64,000 bases of DNA from a virus (IMGVR_UViG_3300025267_002170), one strand, 5' to 3'; shown: positions 9,057 through 18,074, numbered from the stretch's first letter. Notes: generated from the letters alone by a model not told the origin. Numbers and translations are program-made.

Positions 9057-9390
9057 AGTTAGATGGTTGCTGTAGTATCCGGCTAAAAAACGGGTTCAGG
9101 GATATACTTTGAGTCACTGTCTCAGGTTTGACCGTTCACCAGAGCAGAGCTACAGGAACAAGGTAGGTAACAATAGTTACCGAAGGACTTGGCCATTACT
9201 CCCTATTGGGGTGCGCACGCAGTCTTTACCACCAGACTGTGCCATAGGTTTATGCTTAAGAAGCGAGTGCGTTGGTTATATTTAGCCAAATTAGCTTCTT
9301 TACAGGCGTAAATCGGTTCTGAATCTCATCCAGCTTGTCTCCTTCCGGTCCTTCCCCTCTCTTTGGGAACGCACCTAAAAGGGTGGGTCC
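9057..9390 (+). ncRNA. candidate large structured ncRNA, family not recognised
   Basis: longest stretch with no recognisable gene; many nested helices with G-U pairs favouring + strand. Confidence 0.55.
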
Positions 9391-9393
9391 GCA

Positions 9394-9846
9394 ATGTCGA
9401 AAATCCTAGACCGTTCTATCGAGATTGCCTATCAATTGTTCCCAACAGCGTATGAAAAGAAAAAAGGCTACCGGGCTTTCCACTTTGCTTTCGGATGGAA
9501 GAAGCGCAGGCTTCTAGCTATAGGCCAGAACGACACTTATAACCAAAGCGCGAAAGCTCTGTGGTTTGCTAAGAGGTTCAACAACAAAAAGCAAATCACC
9601 TACCCATTTCTACACGCTGAAGTAGACCTAGTCAGCAAACTGTGGGGAAAGATTTATGTTGATAATTCTGTTAAAGTTGTAGTATTAAGAATAAACAGTA
9701 GGGGAGAGTTGCAAAATAGCAAGCCGTGTAAGTCGTGTATGAATATGATTTCCGTTCTTGGGATTGATAAGGTCTGGTGGTCAGTCTCGACTGGAGATAT
9801 AGTTTCTTTACATGAGCAGGGGATTTATAACAATGGGGATGAGTGA
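9394..9846 (+). CDS. Zn-dependent cytidine/nucleotide deaminase-superfamily protein (not the dCMP deaminase)
   Basis: LHAEV and SKPCKSC motifs. Confidence 0.75.
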   Translation: MSKILDRSIEIAYQLFPTAYEKKKGYRAFHFAFGWKKRRLLAIGQNDTYNQSAKALWFAKRFNNKKQITYPFLHAEVDLVSKLWGKIYVDNSVKVVVLRINSRGELQNSKPCKSCMNMISVLGIDKVWWSVSTGDIVSLHEQGIYNNGDE

Positions 9847-10801
9847 TATTATACTTAAGCTGGATGTTCTTGGAAAGGGAATATTGGCAGCGGACGAAAG
9901 CATTCCGACCATAAAGAGTCGGTTTGAATCAGTGAGTATAACCTCAACGCCAGAGACCAGACACGATTATCGTCATACAATCTTTTCAACTAAGGGACTG
10001 CAAGAGTTTATAAGCGGGGTAATTCTTTTTGATGAAACTATCAACAATGAAGCAACAATTAAACCCTTGATTGATTCCAAAATAGCGCTTGGAATCAAGG
10101 TTGACACCGGAGCGAAGCCATACAACTCTCACATGCAGGGGGAGAGGTTCACAGAGGGTCTTGACGGCCTCTCAGAGCGTCTCAGGGGCTACAAAAGGCT
10201 CGGAGCCGAGTTCGCCAAGTGGAGGACGGTTCTGGCCCCAAAGACAACTGTTAATTGCTTAAGAGCAAACGCTAACGCTCTTGCTATTTATGCAAAAAAG
10301 TGTCAGAAAGAGGGTATAGTTCCCATAATAGAACCAGAAATTCTAATGGATGGAAACCACGGCGCTCTTAAGTCCTTTAATATCACTGAACACTGTCTTC
10401 ACTGTGTTTTTCATGAACTATGGAAAGAGAGGGTAGAGCTTGAGAGTATTATACTCAAGCCGAACATGGTGGTTTCTGGTTACAAGAATGAAAAAAGAAT
10501 TCGACCGGAGGTTGTTGCGGAACTAACAATAGCTTGCTTTAAGAGAACGGTTCCGTCTGCTGTTCCTATTATTGCTTTTCTTAGTGGTGGACAACCAAAT
10601 GATGAGTCTGTACAAAACCTTAATGCTATGAATCAGGAGTCTCCTGATTTGTTTCATTCTTGGTATTTAACATTTTCGTTCGGTAGAGAGCTACAGAAAA
10701 GCGCTCTAAAACAATGGTCGCTTGGTCATAAAGACGAAGCACAAAAACAACTTTTAAAGAAGGCGAAAGATTGCAGTAACGCTACATGGGGTGAACTGTG
10801 A
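9839..10801 (+). CDS. class I fructose-bisphosphate aldolase
   Basis: GKGILAADES, IKVDTG, FAKWR, PIIEPE, LKPNMV (Schiff-base Lys), FLSGGQ, TFSFGR; start uncertain (9812/9833/9839). Confidence 0.92.
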   Translation: MSDIILKLDVLGKGILAADESIPTIKSRFESVSITSTPETRHDYRHTIFSTKGLQEFISGVILFDETINNEATIKPLIDSKIALGIKVDTGAKPYNSHMQGERFTEGLDGLSERLRGYKRLGAEFAKWRTVLAPKTTVNCLRANANALAIYAKKCQKEGIVPIIEPEILMDGNHGALKSFNITEHCLHCVFHELWKERVELESIILKPNMVVSGYKNEKRIRPEVVAELTIACFKRTVPSAVPIIAFLSGGQPNDESVQNLNAMNQESPDLFHSWYLTFSFGRELQKSALKQWSLGHKDEAQKQLLKKAKDCSNATWGEL

Positions 10802-10983
10802 GTCTTATTTATAAGTGTGACGAGAGTATGGGAGATTTCCATTGGGAAACTAAAGCCTATACATCTACGGGGAAAAAAGAAGTATCTATAATTCAAACTT
10901 GGTTTGATGGGACCGAGACTGTTTCTAAACAAACAGTAGTTCTTCTTTCTGATGAATTTATAGAAATAGCAAAGAAGCTATAG
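10798..10983 (+). CDS. hypothetical protein
   Basis: GTGA overlap with aldolase stop. Confidence 0.45.
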   Translation: MSLIYKCDESMGDFHWETKAYTSTGKKEVSIIQTWFDGTETVSKQTVVLLSDEFIEIAKKL

Positions 10984-10989
10984 ACAACT

Positions 10990-11061
10990 GCCCCCGTAGT
11001 TCAACGGTTAGAACGCCGTTCTTATAAAGCGGTAACGTGAGTTCGACTCTCACCGGGGGTA
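10990..11061 (+). tRNA. tRNA-Ile(UAU)
   Basis: acceptor GCCCCCG/CGGGGGT, anticodon arm CCGTT-CT TAT AA-AGCGG, T arm GTGAG-TTCGACT-CTCAC; CCA not encoded. Confidence 0.9.
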
Positions 11062-11067
11062 TTTAAA

Positions 11068-11214
11068 ATGATGAAGACCTGTTTACATTTTGCTTATTGT
11101 TTGTGTTGGATTACGGCTGTGGTTAGCTTTATTTTCAATGGAAACGTATCAGAATCGAATTACTTCATACTTTGGGGTATAGTAAACTATCTACTATGGA
11201 GAGACGCTAAATAA
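11068..11214 (+). CDS. 48-aa two-TM micro-protein between tRNA and tmRNA (not in ORF track)
   Basis: MMKTCLHFAYCLCWITAVVSFIFNGNVSESNYFILWGIVNYLLWRDAK fills the gap exactly. Confidence 0.4.
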   Translation: MMKTCLHFAYCLCWITAVVSFIFNGNVSESNYFILWGIVNYLLWRDAK

Positions 11215-11217
11215 AAT

Positions 11218-11552
<335 letters not shown>

Positions 11553-11600
11553 CTATGATTAATTTGTTGGACTGTTTGGAAATTTTGGAAGGACACCTAA

Positions 11601-11915
11601 ATGACTAACTACGTTTCACAGAACCAGAAAAATAGTGTCAAAAAGATTCACTTTAATTGCAAACTAGACGGGATATCTAGAACCAGTTTTAGGTTTACTG
11701 AGATTACACCCAGAACTCAAAGCAAAATTTTTGGCAAAGATGGCGGCACAGGTTGTGTGTTAGGAACAAACTTTACAACTATTGAAGATGTGATGCACGC
11801 AATTGGTTGCGATTTGTTTGGAGAAACAAGATACAAAGTAACAATTACAGCGGAAGAACTTCCAAATGCCAAAAAAAAGAGACCAAAAAAAGAAAGCCAG
11901 AGAGAAACGGGTTAG
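11601..11915 (+). CDS. hypothetical protein
   Basis: AAGGA RBS. Confidence 0.5.
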   Translation: MTNYVSQNQKNSVKKIHFNCKLDGISRTSFRFTEITPRTQSKIFGKDGGTGCVLGTNFTTIEDVMHAIGCDLFGETRYKVTITAEELPNAKKKRPKKESQRETG

Positions 11916-12048
11916 ACAGAAGCTCCTTAAAAGAAGAACTCTCAAGAGAGAGGAGAGGAAACTTCAAAAGGAGATAGAAAAAATCCAGTGGGACAATAGA
12001 GAGCGGATTACTCCCATAAGGAACCCCGATAAGGATAAAGATGGCTAA
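11866..12048 (+). CDS. highly basic 60-aa protein
   Basis: MPKKRDQKKKAREKRVRQKLLKRR; stop overlaps next start. Confidence 0.5.
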   Translation: MPKKRDQKKKAREKRVRQKLLKRRTLKREERKLQKEIEKIQWDNRERITPIRNPDKDKDG

Positions 12049-12295
12049 ATTTTACATCGAATCTGGCGACATTAAGATTATAACGGAATCAAAGACTCCT
12101 TTTGGCGCCTGTTTAAAAGTAATAAAAATTATATCGGCACAATTTGGTAATGACAGTATAAATAAGTCTGTTAATCTTAGCGATACTTTTATGGTTACTG
12201 AAACGGGATTTCCTTCTGAAAGAAGGCCGTATTCAGTTCATAGTGGGGAGCATATTTTTAAAACTGAGACCGTTTTGGGCAGAGGTAGCGCATAG
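12041..12295 (+). CDS. hypothetical protein
   Basis: AAGGA RBS; packed ORF. Confidence 0.55.
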   Translation: MAKFYIESGDIKIITESKTPFGACLKVIKIISAQFGNDSINKSVNLSDTFMVTETGFPSERRPYSVHSGEHIFKTETVLGRGSA

Positions 12296-12301
12296 AATTG
12301 C

Positions 12302-12375
12302 GCCCTCGTAGCTCAACAGGACAGAGCAACGGTCTTCTAAACCGTAGGTTGCAGGTTCGAGTCCTGCCGAGGGTA
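12302..12375 (+). tRNA. tRNA-Arg(UCU)
   Basis: acceptor GCCCTCG/CGAGGGT, anticodon arm ACGGT-CT TCT AA-ACCGT, T arm GCAGG-TTCGAGT-CCTGC. Confidence 0.95.
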
Positions 12376-12392
12376 CTGAGAGAGGTTTTGTA

Positions 12393-12842
12393 ATGACTAC
12401 CAAGAGACTCATAGTAGATTGTGATGGGGTTATTGCCGACAAAAACAATGGTGGCAATTACGCAAATGCTGGACCTTTAAAACACGGCATAGAGCAAGTA
12501 AATAAGCTATACGATATGGGATATGAAATTATCCTGTATACTGCAAGGTATGGGGATAGAGAAACCGGAAATATACATCGTCAGTATGAACGTGGATATA
12601 GAGAATGGACCGATTGGTTAGAGAAATATGGTGTAAAATACACCTGCGCTTGGATGGGAAAGCCAGCCGGTGCTCTTTATATTGACGACAAAGCGGCCAG
12701 AGTTAGAGGAGATGATGAATCTGGCTGGGATGAAGTATGGAAAGAGGTTGACGCATTGAAGGATAAAGATAAATACGGAAATTTAATAATAGAAGAATTA
12801 GATACTGATGGCAAGGGAATTGCTTACAATATCAAGGCATAA
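12393..12842 (+). CDS. HAD-superfamily phosphatase (capsule-biosynthesis BcbF/EcbF-like)
   Basis: DCDGV, YTAR, GKP..LYIDDKA. Confidence 0.8.
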   Translation: MTTKRLIVDCDGVIADKNNGGNYANAGPLKHGIEQVNKLYDMGYEIILYTARYGDRETGNIHRQYERGYREWTDWLEKYGVKYTCAWMGKPAGALYIDDKAARVRGDDESGWDEVWKEVDALKDKDKYGNLIIEELDTDGKGIAYNIKA

Positions 12843-12844
12843 AG

Positions 12845-13369
12845 ATGAGACTAGACCATATAGCATACAGAGTAAAATCTAGAGAAGAGGCTGCTAGCTT
12901 TTTGTCCGCTATATTGGGATATAAAGTTGGGACCGAGTTTGAGATTGTCTTCGATGATAATTCTACTGCTAAATGTATTGCTATGGTTCCCCCGGAGAAA
13001 ATGTTTAATGTTATTAACATAGAACCGGGAGGTCTTAGGCATGTTGCCCCAGAAATATTTATATCTGACGGTGATGAGGACTCGATAGTCGGACAGTGGG
13101 TTGAAGCGAGGGATGGGGTTGGTGGTGTTCATCATATGGCATATCAGGTTGTAGAAATTGACAGCAGGGTTAAAGAATGGAGAGAGGCAGGAGTAGAATT
13201 TCTTACCGATGATGTTATAGATTGTCCAGAAGACAACCTGAGACAAATTTTTACCAAACCACTTAAAAACCTAGGCGAAATTATTATCGAATTGATTGAA
13301 AGAGGTGATAAGGGATTCTGTCAAAATTCTGTTAAACATCTCATGGAATCAAGCAAGGATTGCAAATGA
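12845..13369 (+). CDS. VOC-fold metalloenzyme resembling the catalytic domain of 4-hydroxyphenylpyruvate dioxygenase
   Basis: LDHIA, VHHMAY, LRQIFT, IELIER..GF..NSVKHLMES (His/His/Glu triad). Confidence 0.7.
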   Translation: MRLDHIAYRVKSREEAASFLSAILGYKVGTEFEIVFDDNSTAKCIAMVPPEKMFNVINIEPGGLRHVAPEIFISDGDEDSIVGQWVEARDGVGGVHHMAYQVVEIDSRVKEWREAGVEFLTDDVIDCPEDNLRQIFTKPLKNLGEIIIELIERGDKGFCQNSVKHLMESSKDCK

Positions 13370-14871
13370 CTACATATCAAGGAATTATCAGACAAAATAT
13401 GGTTGGAAATCATTATATTAATGGTTCCTTTATTTGCAATAAGAATTCAGAGTCTTTTGATAGTATTAACCCTGCTACTGGTGAAGTAGTCGGGACTTTT
13501 CCCGAGGCCAGCATTCCAGAGGTGGAATCTGCATACCAGTTTGCAAGAGACTCCTTTCAGGGATGGAGGAAATACAGCAGAGTAAAAAGGGCTGAATACT
13601 TCCTGACTCTAGCCAATTTGGTTGAACAAAGGCGTGAAGAAATTGCCGAAGCAATAACCCTTGAGACTGGAAAAGTTTTCAACGAGTCTATTGCCGAGGT
13701 AAATGAAGCTCTACACATGGCCCAGTACGCTTTCAGCACCGGGAAAATGCCTTATGGAGAAGCACTCGCGTCTGAGTTACCTGAAAAAGACGCCTATATG
13801 CTTCGCAAGCCAAAGGGTGTGGTCGCGATTGTTGCTCCTTTTAACTTTCCTTTTGCTATTGGCGGCTTCTGGTGCGCTGCACCCGCTCTGGTAGAAGGCA
13901 ACACTGTAATTCTAAAGCCAAGTGAAGACACTCCCTTGGTTGGAGAAATCACCGCCGAACTGTTTAACGATGCGGGATTTCCTCCCGGCGTATTTAATCT
14001 TGTTCACGGAGACGGAAGAGTTGGCAACGGTCTTATTAGACAAGACGTTGACCACGTTTGTTTTACTGGAAGTGCTGAGGTGGGAATGCACATAAGAAAG
14101 GTCTGTGCCGAAAGCTGGCATAAAACCTGCTCTTGTGAGATGGGGAGCAAGTCAGCGGTAATTATTCATGAGGACGCTAACTATGAGATGGCAATGGCTG
14201 CATGCTTGGCCAGCGCTTACAAACTATCTGGCCAACGCTGTGTGTCTGCTAGCAGACTGATTGTTCACAGAAGCCTGTATGATAAGTTTGCAGACGAATT
14301 TGCTAACAGGAGCGGAGACCTCAAAACCGGCAACCCATTTTTAAAAGACACTTTTTACGGTCCTCTAATCAACAAGAAACAACTTGATAGAGTTGTTTGG
14401 TTCAATAAGATGGTTGCCGCAGACCCAGAAGCAAATGTTCTACTCATGGGAGAGCAGGTAGAAGACAGCCTGTTCTTAACACCTACTGTATATCAAACGG
14501 AGTGGCGAGATGTTCCATATCTCAAACAAGAAGTGTTTGGACCTCATGTATCAATCATTCCTTACGATACAATTGATGATGCTATTAGGATTTACAACGA
14601 TACTGATTATGGACTTGCTCTAGGTGTGGTTACGGAGAACTTTAAAGTTGCTAGAAGAATTCGTAACGAGTGCGACTTTGGCCTTGGCTATTGGAATGGC
14701 GGTAGCATTGCTGCTGAAAGTCATCTTGGCTTTGGAGGAGTAAAGAAGTCTGGAAACGGACAGCCTAGCGCAGCCAGAACCTTTAGGGCGGTTACACACG
14801 AAGTTTCGTGGACCGTCAATCATGGTGACTCATTGAACTTTCCACAGGGAATGAAAGCTGGGACCGAGTAA
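13360..14871 (+). CDS. NAD-dependent aldehyde dehydrogenase
   Basis: PFNFP, LKPSE, FTGS, EMGSK, SGQRC, EVFGP, FGGVKKSG; start could be 13366 or 13399. Confidence 0.95.
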   Translation: MQMTTYQGIIRQNMVGNHYINGSFICNKNSESFDSINPATGEVVGTFPEASIPEVESAYQFARDSFQGWRKYSRVKRAEYFLTLANLVEQRREEIAEAITLETGKVFNESIAEVNEALHMAQYAFSTGKMPYGEALASELPEKDAYMLRKPKGVVAIVAPFNFPFAIGGFWCAAPALVEGNTVILKPSEDTPLVGEITAELFNDAGFPPGVFNLVHGDGRVGNGLIRQDVDHVCFTGSAEVGMHIRKVCAESWHKTCSCEMGSKSAVIIHEDANYEMAMAACLASAYKLSGQRCVSASRLIVHRSLYDKFADEFANRSGDLKTGNPFLKDTFYGPLINKKQLDRVVWFNKMVAADPEANVLLMGEQVEDSLFLTPTVYQTEWRDVPYLKQEVFGPHVSIIPYDTIDDAIRIYNDTDYGLALGVVTENFKVARRIRNECDFGLGYWNGGSIAAESHLGFGGVKKSGNGQPSAARTFRAVTHEVSWTVNHGDSLNFPQGMKAGTE

Positions 14872-15236
14872 TGTTTTTCATGGAAGAAAAAGATTTTATT
14901 AACAGCGTTCTTCATGATAAAGTTACAATCAATAATAGCAAAATTCATGACAAGGGACTTTTTGCTGTATCAGATATTGAAAAAGACACCACTCTTCATG
15001 TGACACATGTGCATAAGGAATTAGTAGACTATGTAGGAGCCTTGTGCGGCTGGATTAATCTAACTCCAAACAATCAATACAATCACTCTAAGGAAAGAGA
15101 AAACTGTAAAATAGTTACGGATGGCCTTACCAAGGGCTTGGTAACTTTAAGGAATATAATTGCAGGAGAGGAGCTACTAGTAGACTATACAAAGGATTTA
15201 GAACTAGAGCAACCTGAACCCGGCTGGAAGCCATGA
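14871..15236 (+). CDS. SET-domain protein (putative lysine methyltransferase)
   Basis: KGLFA, YNHS, GEELLVDY. Confidence 0.8.
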   Translation: MFFMEEKDFINSVLHDKVTINNSKIHDKGLFAVSDIEKDTTLHVTHVHKELVDYVGALCGWINLTPNNQYNHSKERENCKIVTDGLTKGLVTLRNIIAGEELLVDYTKDLELEQPEPGWKP

Positions 15237-16036
15237 GTAAAATACTTTTATGCAATCCATCATGCTACTCGATAGAGTATGAAATAAACCCTTGGATGGA
15301 TACAAACAATAAACCAGACCAACGAATCTCTGAAAAGCAATGGAATTTACTTCACGATACGCTTTTAAGATGCGGAGCAGAGCTTGTATATATAAGCTCT
15401 GAACCAAAAGTTCCAGACATGGTGTTTGTTGCCAACGCTGGAATAGTCAAGGGCAATACTGTTGTATTATCCAATTTTAAACACCCAGAGAGACAAAAAG
15501 AAAAACAGTATTACAAAGACTGGTTTCTAAAAAATAATTATAGAGTCATTGAAATCCCCGAGCATCTTAATTTTGAAGGTGCTGGGGATGCTTTATTTTT
15601 TAACGACATACTATTTATGGGGTATGGTTTTAGAACTGACCTAGCTGCTCACAAATTGGTGGCTACCGCACTAAATGTTGACTATACATCCTGTGAATTA
15701 ATAGACCCTCGATTTTATCATTTGGACACCTGTTTTCTACCAATACAAAACAGAGTAGTGTATTACAGAAAAGCTTTTTCTAATAGTTCTGCAAACAAGA
15801 TGTTAAAGACTCTTTTAAATGAATCACAGAGAACCAATCAGTATCTTGATATAGTTAATGTATGCGAAGGTCTTGCAAAACAATTTGTTTGCAATAGCAT
15901 TTGCATAGGTGAAAATATAATAACTCCCTCTAAAGATTGTGCTTCAGTATTTTATGATAACGTAATAAACTACTGCGACATGTCGGAGTTTATAAAAGCA
16001 GGAGGAGCGGTAAAATGTCTAACACTTCAGTTATAG
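15233..16036 (+). CDS. amidinotransferase/DDAH/arginine-dihydrolase superfamily enzyme
   Basis: YEINPWM, PDMVFVANAG, FEGAGD, FYHLDTCF, KAGGAVKCLT. Confidence 0.88.
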   Translation: MSKILLCNPSCYSIEYEINPWMDTNNKPDQRISEKQWNLLHDTLLRCGAELVYISSEPKVPDMVFVANAGIVKGNTVVLSNFKHPERQKEKQYYKDWFLKNNYRVIEIPEHLNFEGAGDALFFNDILFMGYGFRTDLAAHKLVATALNVDYTSCELIDPRFYHLDTCFLPIQNRVVYYRKAFSNSSANKMLKTLLNESQRTNQYLDIVNVCEGLAKQFVCNSICIGENIITPSKDCASVFYDNVINYCDMSEFIKAGGAVKCLTLQL

Positions 16037-17217
16037 ATAGATTATCAAAGCATATACTAGTCGACGGGTTTCATCTCGCTGTTGACCAGAAGAAAAGCTC
16101 TGGTTCTTGGATAGTAGACCTAGATGGAAACAAGTATCTAGATTGTTATTCACAGTTCGCTAGTCAGCCTCTTGGCTGGAATCATAAAGCGTTGGTAAAT
16201 GCAAAGCAGGAGCTTGGAGAAGTCGCCATGCATAAAATTGCCAACAGCGACATGTATACTGAGCAGTATGCTACATTTGTAGAAAAGTTTTCTAGCATCA
16301 CTCCAGACTTTAGTCACTATTTTTTCATTGATGGGGGTGCTTTAGCTGTAGAAAACGCACTAAAGGCAGCGTTCGACTGGAAAGCAAAAAAGCTAGGGAT
16401 AACCAGTGACGAAGACATTAACACCCTAGATGTTTTTCATTTGGGTAATGCCTTTCATGGCAGAACCGGATACACCCTCTCACTGACAAACACTACGCCG
16501 GAAAAAACAGACTTGTTTCCGAAGTTTCAGTGGAATAGAATATGGAGCATTGAGGACGCAGAGGAATTGATGCACGACAGAGTGGCCGCAATGGTAGTTG
16601 AGCCTATTCAGGGCGAAGGTGGAGACAACCATTTTGTCCCAGAACTTTTCCCCCTAATGAGGAAGTGGGCAGACGATAACGACGTTATTCTAATATTTGA
16701 TGAGGTTCAGACTGGCGTTGGCCTTACAGGGAAAATGTGGTGCTATGAACATTTTGGAATAGTTCCCGACATGATGTGTTTTGGTAAAAAGACGCAAGTC
16801 TGTGGATTCTGCTCAACTGACAGGATAGACGAGGTGGAACACAATGTATTCAATGATAGTGGTAGGATTAATTCTACTTGGGGTGGGAATATTGTTGATA
16901 TGGTTAGATTCGGACACATAATAGATGCTATTGAAAAAGAAAACCTTGTCGATAACGTACACGAGGTCGGAAGCCATCTTGAAAATGCTCTAAATAATCT
17001 GGATATTATTTCTAATGTTAGAGGCATGGGTCTAATGATTGCTTTTGATTTAGATACTCCTGACCTAAGAGACCAAATGGTTTCTTTATTGCAAGAAGAC
17101 ATGATTGTTCTTAAGTCTGGAACCCACTCAATTAGGCTTAGACCACCATTGACCTTTTCAAAGCAAGACGCGGACTCGGCGGTAGTCTTTATAGACAGAG
17201 CGGCAAACAAGCTATGA
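16015..17217 (+). CDS. lat: L-lysine 6-transaminase (class III PLP aminotransferase)
   Basis: GGALAVENALKAAFDWK, AFHGRTGYTLSLTNT, FPKF, EPIQGEGGD, FDEVQTG, FGKKTQVCG, RINSTWGGN. Confidence 0.88.
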   Translation: MSNTSVIDRLSKHILVDGFHLAVDQKKSSGSWIVDLDGNKYLDCYSQFASQPLGWNHKALVNAKQELGEVAMHKIANSDMYTEQYATFVEKFSSITPDFSHYFFIDGGALAVENALKAAFDWKAKKLGITSDEDINTLDVFHLGNAFHGRTGYTLSLTNTTPEKTDLFPKFQWNRIWSIEDAEELMHDRVAAMVVEPIQGEGGDNHFVPELFPLMRKWADDNDVILIFDEVQTGVGLTGKMWCYEHFGIVPDMMCFGKKTQVCGFCSTDRIDEVEHNVFNDSGRINSTWGGNIVDMVRFGHIIDAIEKENLVDNVHEVGSHLENALNNLDIISNVRGMGLMIAFDLDTPDLRDQMVSLLQEDMIVLKSGTHSIRLRPPLTFSKQDADSAVVFIDRAANKL

Positions 17218-18074
17218 AAATACAAAATGTAGGAATAATAGGTCAGGGCTTTGTTGGAAGCGCTTTGCGTAATACGTTTGAAAATTATTATAATGTATAC
17301 ACTTACGATAAATTTCAAGTAGACAAGTCTACCCACACAAGCATTCAATCACTGTCTAGAGCCTGTGAAGTTATCTTTGTTTGTGTTCCTACGCCCATGA
17401 ATAAAGATGGCTCTTGTGACATATCAATAGTTACAGATGTTGTAAAAATAGCCTGTAGTACCGGAAGAAAAAATATAATAGCAATCAAGTCTACAGTACC
17501 CCCCAACACTACAAAATCTTTACAAGACCTATGCCAAGATTCTCACATAGTCTTCAATCCTGAATTCCTATTAGAGAGAAATGCAGAAGAAGACTTTAAG
17601 AATACCACTCGTGTTATCCTTGGTGGTCCGAGACCGGCAACAACATTACTAAAACAATTCTATTCAAGAATATTTCCTGACGCAGACATAGTAAAAACTG
17701 ATTCAACAATTGCTGAAATGATTAAATATTTAACCAATACATTTTTAGCAGTCAAAGTATCTTTTGCCAACGAAATTTATGCAATCTGTGAAAGTTTAGG
17801 TATAGATTACGATAAGGTACTGGAATACTCTCTCTACGACGATAGACTGGGACGTTCTCATTGGTCGGTTCCGGGTCCAGATGGACATTACGGATTCGGA
17901 GGAAGCTGTTTCCCCAAGGACTTAAATGCTTTAATGCATCTGACTCACTCTATGTGCATCCAAGCGAATACAATAAGTGGCGCATGGAATACCAACCTAA
18001 TGGTTAGGCCGGAGAAGGACTGGGAAAGCTTGAAGGGAAGGGCAGTAGTAGACAGTCCTGAAAATAACACCTAG
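17214..18074 (+). CDS. UDP-glucose/GDP-mannose dehydrogenase family, short form
   Basis: GQGFVG, CVPTP, IKSTVPP, NPEFL, GFGGSCFPKD; no C-terminal UDP-binding domain. Confidence 0.85.
   Translation: MKIQNVGIIGQGFVGSALRNTFENYYNVYTYDKFQVDKSTHTSIQSLSRACEVIFVCVPTPMNKDGSCDISIVTDVVKIACSTGRKNIIAIKSTVPPNTTKSLQDLCQDSHIVFNPEFLLERNAEEDFKNTTRVILGGPRPATTLLKQFYSRIFPDADIVKTDSTIAEMIKYLTNTFLAVKVSFANEIYAICESLGIDYDKVLEYSLYDDRLGRSHWSVPGPDGHYGFGGSCFPKDLNALMHLTHSMCIQANTISGAWNTNLMVRPEKDWESLKGRAVVDSPENNT

Noticed and set aside
9119-9150. SRP-like CAGG...AGCAG in the structured RNA
   Set aside because: No GNRA-capped 3-bp stem between the motifs and the flanking pairs are out of register
9057-9335. RNase P RNA or self-splicing intron
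   Set aside because: No GAGGAAAGUCC/ACCCGGCUUA conserved regions on either strand; does not interrupt a gene
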